A DNA stretch of 32,000 nt from Nostoc sp. PCC 7120 = FACHB-418 (GTDB lineage Bacteria > Cyanobacteriota > Cyanobacteriia > Cyanobacteriales > Nostocaceae): assembly GCF_000009705.1 (NCBI RefSeq), contig NC_003272.1, forward strand, positions 1,200,001-1,232,000, written 5' to 3'. The notes beneath the pieces are model-generated. The model saw nothing but the letters and a program-made list of their open reading frames with translations. It was not told the origin of the DNA and ran no database searches. Shown here in pieces: positions 26,847 through 32,000 of the stretch; position 1 is the stretch's first letter; every line of letters begins with the position of its first letter. A program made the translations under genes and the position numbers.

Positions 26847-28091
26847 TGTTTCAATAAATCCCATTCCACAGCTTATGGATATGTTACTTATCAAACTGCA
26901 TATCTGAAGGCTAATTATCCATTGGAATATATGGCGGCGTTGCTGACGGCTAATAGCAATGACACAGATAAGGTGCAGAAATATATTTCTACCTGTCTAA
27001 GCATGAATATTCAGATAGAACCGCCGGATATCAATCGCTCAGGTGTAGACTTTACCCCAGTAGCGGGTAAGATATTATTTGGATTTTCGGCTGTGAGAAA
27101 CGTAGGACAGAATGCGATCGCCTCAGTTTTAGAAGCAAGAGACACAACAGGAGAGTTTAAATCATTAGCTGATTTCTGCGATCGCATAGACTTACGTGCT
27201 GTTAATCGCCGTACCCTTGAATCACTGATTTACTGTGGAGCCTTTGACAAAATTGAAGCGAATCGTCACCAATTAATCCAAGATTTAGAATTAGTCTATG
27301 ATTGGGCCCAATCCCGTGCTAGAGATCGTGCTAGTGGTCAAGGAAACCTGTTTGATTTATTAGGTGGATATTCTTCTACTAATACCAAAACAGCTAATAA
27401 TGCCTTTGAAACTGCTCCTAAAGCTAAACCTGTACTAGATTATCCCCCACAGGAAAAATTACGCTTAGAAAAAGAATTATTAGGATTTTATGTCTCCGAC
27501 CATCCCTTAAAATCTTTAAGGTCAGTAGCACCACTTTTAACACCAATTAATCTTTCACAACTAGGAGAACAACGAGAAGACACAAGATTATGTGTAATTG
27601 TCATGCTTAACGGTGTGAAAAAAGTCATGACAAAGAAAGGTGATGCAATGGCAATTCTGCAACTTGAAGACTTAACATCTCAATCAGAAGCAGTAGTTTT
27701 TCCGAAAACTTATGAGCGCATTAGTTTCTTACTTCAAGTTGATGCCAGATTAATTATTTGGGGTAAGGTAGACCGACGCGACGAACAAACTCAATTAATT
27801 GTAGAAGATGCAGAGCCAGTAGAAACTGTACAAATGGTGATGGTAGAACTTCAGCCTCAACAAGCAGCCAATATTGAAGAACTACATCGCTTAAAAACAA
27901 TTTTGCAAGAACAATGTGGAGATAAAGAAAAAGCCAAAATGCCCGTAATTGGAATTGTGCAATCTGAAAATTCTCGGCGATTAGTACGTTTAGGTTGGCA
28001 ATTTTGTGTTCAAGATGCTCGAATTACTGTGCAAGCATTACAAAATGCCAGATTTTCAGCACAACTTAAACCTCTGATTGGTGGTTCGTGA
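26739..28091 (+). CDS. dnaE: DNA polymerase III alpha subunit, C-terminal half, preceded by the C-terminal half of a split DnaE intein
   Basis: The first 36 aa (MIKIASRKFLGVENVYDIGVRRDHNFFIKNGLIASN) closely resemble the Npu/Ssp DnaE Int-C. They are followed by the +1 extein CFNKSHSTAYGYVTYQTAYLKANYP (Pol III alpha fingers/beta-binding region) and a C-terminal OB-fold region. Confidence 0.9.
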   Translation: MIKIASRKFLGVENVYDIGVRRDHNFFIKNGLIASNCFNKSHSTAYGYVTYQTAYLKANYPLEYMAALLTANSNDTDKVQKYISTCLSMNIQIEPPDINRSGVDFTPVAGKILFGFSAVRNVGQNAIASVLEARDTTGEFKSLADFCDRIDLRAVNRRTLESLIYCGAFDKIEANRHQLIQDLELVYDWAQSRARDRASGQGNLFDLLGGYSSTNTKTANNAFETAPKAKPVLDYPPQEKLRLEKELLGFYVSDHPLKSLRSVAPLLTPINLSQLGEQREDTRLCVIVMLNGVKKVMTKKGDAMAILQLEDLTSQSEAVVFPKTYERISFLLQVDARLIIWGKVDRRDEQTQLIVEDAEPVETVQMVMVELQPQQAANIEELHRLKTILQEQCGDKEKAKMPVIGIVQSENSRRLVRLGWQFCVQDARITVQALQNARFSAQLKPLIGGS

Positions 28092-28375
28092 GGAGATGAA
28101 AGAGTGAGAAGAGGCAATACTTCTCTGCGTTCCTTGAGTGTGTTGTAGGCTCAGTAACAAGGGTACAGGGAGAAGAATATCTTACTCAGTACTCAGTATT
28201 ACTGAGAAATCATCATATTAGTTAAACTACTACGTCAACAGTATATTGACATAGTAATTCTTGAGCTTCACAGTTTTTTTCGTTACTTATGCGGATGATG
28301 TTTTCCTGTAGTAAGTGGTATCTTTTTATGCCATGAGGATTTGGGCAAGAGCTAGGGGAAGGAGTTAATATTTTG

Positions 28376-28921
28376 ATGATTGCAAATGATTTGAGTAAGT
28401 TTGTTTCCTATTGTAAAAAAATTCAACCCCAAACTCAGGAGGACATCAAGCAGTTTTTTGAAGGGGTGATTGCCTTTCCTTATGATAAGGAACTTCTTTT
28501 GCAAGCTTATTTATTTTTAAATATTCAAAACTTGTTCCCTTCTTGTTATGAATTGCTCTTGTTTGAAAAGTCCCCAATTGCTGATTATACAGACTTAGGT
28601 AAATGTGATTTTGTCTACCTAACATTTCAAGGTAATCTGTTTTTAATTGAGACAAAATTTATTGATACAGAAGCAACAGGCGCAACAGAAAGAAAACGCA
28701 GAAATAAACATAGAAATAAGGTATTTGAACAAGTAATTACCTTAAAAAGTCGGTTTGGTGAATATTGGGATATACGCTCTGAACAGTTAGAATGTGGGGT
28801 TTTTACCACAGACTCTGATATCGATTGGCGAGGAAATGGTATAAATGTTACAACTAAATCTATATCTATAGATAGTCTAGAAAAGTGGCGTAGAACCTAT
28901 AAGCAAATTAATCAGGCTTAG
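28376..28921 (+). CDS. Orphan protein with a PD-(D/E)xK nuclease-like motif
   Basis: AAGGAG lies upstream. GKCDFVYL (D79) ... LFLIETKF (E93, K95) has the spacing of a restriction-endonuclease-like core, followed by a basic helix RKRRNKHRNK. The motif was read by eye only. Confidence 0.45.
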   Translation: MIANDLSKFVSYCKKIQPQTQEDIKQFFEGVIAFPYDKELLLQAYLFLNIQNLFPSCYELLLFEKSPIADYTDLGKCDFVYLTFQGNLFLIETKFIDTEATGATERKRRNKHRNKVFEQVITLKSRFGEYWDIRSEQLECGVFTTDSDIDWRGNGINVTTKSISIDSLEKWRRTYKQINQA

Positions 28922-29223
28922 TTATTTTAACATTCTTAAATATTGTATTCTTTTGGGCGATCGCTGATATTTTCTAGAGTTCGTAATAGCATTCAATATC
29001 TTTAAATATTTTCATTCAAGAAACTTAATATTTAAAAAAATATTAGGGGCAGATTAGTATACTGTCCCTATTTGTATGTACTTTTGTTGGTCGTCTACAA
29101 TACCTTTTGGTTAACACATCTCACCTTTGAGACAGCAGAGGAGCCGAGGAGAACTTTGCACAGTGATGGGTGATTTTTTTCGTTGGAAGTCCCCAAACTA
29201 ATGAACTCAATTTGCTATTTTGT

Positions 29224-29237
29224 AGTACAATTGTACT
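29224..29237. promoter_or_regulatory. LexA-box candidate (perfect palindrome AGTACAATTGTACT)
   Basis: It fits all positions of RGTACNNNDGTWCB. It lies 49-62 nt upstream of the ATG at 29286 and immediately upstream of a TATAAA hexamer (29243..29248). Confidence 0.55.
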
Positions 29238-29285
29238 GAAGTTATAAAAATATCATGCAAACTCAGTAGGAGGGCGATAACATTT

Positions 29286-29741
29286 ATGAAACAAATCGAA
29301 CCTAGCTACAAGACTACTATTTCCCTACCATTAATGTTGCCACCAGTAACAGTAAATAAAGCCATAGTGCCTCTACAACCCCAATCGGACAATATGAGCA
29401 GTAGATGGGAGCATTTGATTACTGTTGTGCAGCATATCAACCAGATGGCACTGGAGTTAGAAGCAAAGATATTAGAACTCAAGACAATAGCCAGTACGAT
29501 TAATAGTCAAATTAATTATTTAACAGAAAATAGCGATCGCTCATATATAAATATTTGCCTGTATTCTCCTGTGAGTGTCCCTTTGGTGAAACAACAGCCA
29601 GATCAATCATTTATTCTGACAACCCGAAAAGTTGATTTATTTCGAGCCGAGCGAGAAGCCGCACAACTAGCGCAACAACTCCGCCAGCACGCACAAAAGA
29701 AACAACCTGCACCGCAGCAAGGGAAAAAAATGAGGAATTGA
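29286..29741 (+). CDS. Orphan hypothetical protein (predicted coiled coil, Q/K-rich tail)
   Basis: 151-aa ORF with AGGAGG at 29268..29273. No recognisable domain. A LexA-box-like operator lies in its promoter region. Confidence 0.5.
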   Translation: MKQIEPSYKTTISLPLMLPPVTVNKAIVPLQPQSDNMSSRWEHLITVVQHINQMALELEAKILELKTIASTINSQINYLTENSDRSYINICLYSPVSVPLVKQQPDQSFILTTRKVDLFRAEREAAQLAQQLRQHAQKKQPAPQQGKKMRN

Positions 29742-30066
29742 GGGCGGGAGGGGAGGCTGACGGTATAGGGGTGTAGGGATTGATGAAACTATTATTATTT
29801 CGTTAGTGTGAGAGTCATCACTCATCACTTGATTAAAAACCTACACCTGTGAGAGGAGGTAGGGGAAAACAACATTATTAGCAACTGACTAATGACTAAT
29901 TAGTGTGACATCAGCATTTAACCGTTGGGCTGTAACAGTTATGCTGATGGAAGTCATGTCATAAAGCCCTTGTCATACCCGGCAACTCGTCCACATTATG
30001 CAATAGGATAAATTAGGCTATAAGAACTCCACCACAAGGGGATGGGGTATTAAACCAGATGAAAAG

Positions 30067-30096
30067 CAACTGACGAATGACAACTGACAACTGACA
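30067..30096. repeat. (CAACTGA)n-type STRR array
   Basis: The sequence caactgacgaatgacaactgacaactgaca lies 34 nt upstream of the GTG at 30130. Confidence 0.8.
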
Positions 30097-30129
30097 CACG
30101 CAGTGCAAATAAAAAGAGGTTAAGAGAAG

Positions 30130-30471
30130 GTGTTAAGAACACTTTTAGTAATGATCATTGGTTTCTTACCGTCCATGTTCTCCTTGTGGGTAATTCGTAA
30201 AACCCAATTACGGATGCGCTCACGCCTCAGACAAGCAGCCACAAATATTGCTAGGGTGCGGATACAGCAAGATATTAGACCTGTAGAGAGCGATCGCTAT
30301 TATTTAGAAGGGGTAGGCTATTTAATTGGTGATATCAGTTGCAAATTCAACGCACGTTCCGGCTATCTCCGTTGTGCTGTTAACCCTAGTGGCCCTTGTC
30401 AAGGATGCCGCTATTATGAATGCCCTATGAGTGATGAAAACTCAACAGGGTTTAGGGGCTTAGGGGTTTAG
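30130..30471 (+). CDS. Small conserved cyanobacterial membrane-anchored Cys-rich protein (DUF6464-like)
   Basis: GTG start, an N-terminal TM segment (LLVMIIGFLPSMFSLWVI), and a Cys motif (CKFNARSGYLRCAVNPSGPCQGCRYYEC). The last 7 codons and the stop are encoded by the repeat array. The family name is from memory and unverified. Confidence 0.5.
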   Translation: MLRTLLVMIIGFLPSMFSLWVIRKTQLRMRSRLRQAATNIARVRIQQDIRPVESDRYYLEGVGYLIGDISCKFNARSGYLRCAVNPSGPCQGCRYYECPMSDENSTGFRGLGV

Positions 30472-30583
30472 GGGTTAGGAGAAGAACAGTATTTATAAGG
30501 TATCTTGATTTAATTATTAGTTAGTTGCTTCCCTTACACCCTCACACCCTCACACCCTCACACCCTCACACCCTCACACCCCC
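30448..30583. repeat. Inverted octamer arrays (GGGGTTTA/GGGGCTTA)n, AT-rich spacer, (CCCTCACA)n
   Basis: The G-array spans 30448..30479 and the C-array spans 30531..30583 (five to six CCCTCACA units). This is the same family as 14508..14610. Both flanking convergent ORFs terminate inside the arrays. Confidence 0.85.
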
Positions 30584-32000
30584 GCAGCTTCGTTTAACTT
30601 GGTGCGTAAGTCTGCCCATGTCACTCCTGCAAGATTTGGGAGGACTACATGAGCTGTACCTACACGCTCGACAGGGCCAAGTCCTACTACCCACATCCCC
30701 CCAGCTAAAGCGGCTTCCACACCTGCGCCTGCATCTTCCACAACTACGCATTGTTGCGGTTCTAATCCTAACTGATGGGCAGCGAAGAGGAATAAATCTG
30801 GCGCTGGCTTGGGTTTCTGCACACTGTAACCATCAGCGATCGCATCTACTTTATCAACAAGCCCTAGCTTTTCGATTACTGTGTGAGCGTTTTTACTAGC
30901 TGAACCGATACCTATTTTCATTCCCGCTTGCCTTAGTTCATCTAAAAGAGCGATCGCTCCCGGCAATAAATCTTTAGATGTAATGTGTTCAATTAGTTCT
31001 ACATAGTAGCGATTTTTACGCTCCATCATCTCTTGAATTTGCACTTCTGAATAAGGTCTATCCCCAATAATCCGCATCAAGGACTCACGACGAGACACCC
31101 CCCGCAAGGCTTCGTTATCCTCCCTATTAAAAGGAATCCCCTCCTCATCAGCCAGCCTCTGCCACCCTAAATAGTGATATTCTGCTGTATCAGTTAACAC
31201 ACCATCTAAATCGAAGATAAATCCTCTAATGTCTGGGTATTGAGTGTTCGGGAGTGGGGATTGGAGAGTGAAAACTTCTTCCTCTGCTCCACCCTTCTCT
31301 ACGAGAGGCAACGCCAACGGGAACGCTTTCAGCGAACTGCTCCCTCCGAAGTTCCGAGCGGAGGCTTCCTCCGCTCGGACTTCTCTCTGCTCCCCTGCTC
31401 CCTGCTCCCCTGCTCCCTGCTCCCTGCCCCCTGCCTCCTGTCCCCCAGGCAAATCAAACGGATACCACTGCCCACGCCAATGTAGCTGAAACTTCAGACG
31501 TGTCCAAGTTGGGGGCAAATGGGGGTTAGCGACGGGGCCTTTTTCTGTGAATTGGATGCCACCAAAACCGAAAATTACTGCCTGCCAAATTCCGCCAGCG
31601 CTGGCTCCGTGAATACCGTCATTGGCATTGCCTCGCGTGTCTTCTAAATCAACCATGAGCGCCTGCATAAACCGTTCGTAGGCTGTGGCTGATTTCCCCA
31701 AATCTGAGGCTAAGATGCCGTGAATTGCTGGGCCTAGTGATGAACCGTAGGTAATATCCGTCCTGGGTGCGTAATAATCCCAATTGCTTTTTAAAGCTTT
31801 TTCGTTGTAGGGAAATTCTGCTGATGGGCGCATCAGGTACAGCAACATCAAGACATCTGGTTGCTTGAGGACTTGGTGTTGGTTAGCGGTTTCTATACCC
31901 AAGATTGCCTGCATAGAACGCTGGCGTGGTTCGTAGTCTTCTAAGTTGATATCTTGCAATTGGAAAAATCCCTCAAATTGTTCGATTAATCCGGTTGAAG
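30574..32000 (-). CDS. Glycoside hydrolase family 65 (maltose/trehalose/kojibiose-phosphorylase type) C-terminal part fused to a beta-phosphoglucomutase (HAD) domain; the 5' end is outside the window
   Basis: The frame stays open to position 32000 with no stop upstream of the track's TTG at 31959. The GH65 region reads HGASAGGIWQAVIFGFGGIQ ... HLPPTWTRLKFQLHWRGQWYPFDL. The beta-PGM motifs are FIFDLDGVLTDT, GIGSASKN and VVVEDAGAGVEAALAGGM. The two parts are joined by a low-complexity linker of about 72 aa. Confidence 0.8.
   Translation of the reverse strand, partial: STGLIEQFEGFFQLQDINLEDYEPRQRSMQAILGIETANQHQVLKQPDVLMLLYLMRPSAEFPYNEKALKSNWDYYAPRTDITYGSSLGPAIHGILASDLGKSATAYERFMQALMVDLEDTRGNANDGIHGASAGGIWQAVIFGFGGIQFTEKGPVANPHLPPTWTRLKFQLHWRGQWYPFDLPGGQEAGGREQGAGEQGAGEQREVRAEEASARNFGGSSSLKAFPLALPLVEKGGAEEEVFTLQSPLPNTQYPDIRGFIFDLDGVLTDTAEYHYLGWQRLADEEGIPFNREDNEALRGVSRRESLMRIIGDRPYSEVQIQEMMERKNRYYVELIEHITSKDLLPGAIALLDELRQAGMKIGIGSASKNAHTVIEKLGLVDKVDAIADGYSVQKPKPAPDLFLFAAHQLGLEPQQCVVVEDAGAGVEAALAGGMWVVGLGPVERVGTAHVVLPNLAGVTWADLRTKLNEAAGV
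31338..31392. repeat. 55-nt hairpin-containing dispersed element, copy B, inside the GH65/beta-PGM coding frame
   Basis: The sequence tgctccctccgaagttccgagcggaggcttcctccgctcggacttctctctgctc. The hairpin at 31348..31383 has 4 bp, a 1-nt bulge, 12 bp, and a 3-nt loop CTT (AAG in copy A). Confidence 0.8.
31388..31446. repeat. STRR-like C-rich array (CCCTGCT/CCCCTGCT units) inside the coding frame
   Basis: The sequence tgctcccctgctccctgctcccctgctccctgctccctgccccctgcctcctgtccccc is translated on the minus strand as GGQEAGGREQGAGEQGAGEQ. Confidence 0.8.

Noticed and set aside
30525-30899. Plus-strand 124-aa ORF beginning MLPLHPHTLTPSHPHTLTP...
   Set aside because: It starts inside the CCCTCACA array, so its N-terminus is just translated repeat. 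It then runs antisense to the well-supported beta-phosphoglucomutase domain.
31240-31489. Two plus-strand 81-aa ORFs (31240..31485 and 31244..31489), and ORF 19803..20066.
   Set aside because: These are translations of the C-rich repeat arrays and hairpin element (LLPCSLLPCSLLP..., CSPAPCSPAPCS...). They are artefacts of stop-free low-complexity DNA.

Overview
This 32-kb chromosomal segment looks like a filamentous, heterocyst-forming cyanobacterium of the Nostoc/Anabaena type. That is an inference from four things: about 29 hand-counted copies of the HIP1 octamer GCGATCGC, STRR-type 7-9-nt tandem repeats in almost every intergenic spacer, a split-intein dnaE C-half, and a natC-natA-like pair. 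The gene content is mostly housekeeping. In order: pilN-pilO-pilQ, a GNAT acetyltransferase, a HigBA-like toxin-antitoxin pair, a cNMP-binding protein, a UPF0182 membrane protein interrupted by one in-frame TAG, a class I/II aminotransferase, YjbQ and glpX (FBP/SBPase)-hemA. Then a Uma2 endonuclease, a small HTH protein, an ArsR-DUF2087 regulator next to a GT-A-like protein, natC-natA, a second small RelE/ParE-like pair, pgi, a PEP-CTERM-tagged GlpQ, a RodZ-like protein and gatA. The right end holds the dnaE C-half with its Int-C intein half, three orphan genes, and a GH65/beta-phosphoglucomutase fusion that runs off the right edge. I recognised no rRNA, tRNA, CRISPR array, transposase or integrase. 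I could not identify a clear-cut novel multi-gene system. The best leads are: (1) two perfect 14-bp palindromes matching the cyanobacterial LexA box, one in front of an orphan gene next to a PD-(D/E)xK-like orphan just downstream of dnaE-C, the other upstream of glpX-hemA; (2) a roughly 215-nt block of repeat DNA (STRR units plus a 55-nt hairpin element) translated in frame as the linker of the GH65/beta-PGM fusion, with a second copy of the hairpin element in the gatA/dnaE-C spacer; (3) composite repeat elements with a conserved 17-nt core, and G-array/AT-spacer/C-array structures at four of the six convergent gene junctions; (4) an in-frame amber codon in UPF0182; (5) a Pho-box-like triple repeat upstream of the PEP-CTERM GlpQ. 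All functional calls come from reading the translated ORFs and motifs by eye; no database search was run.
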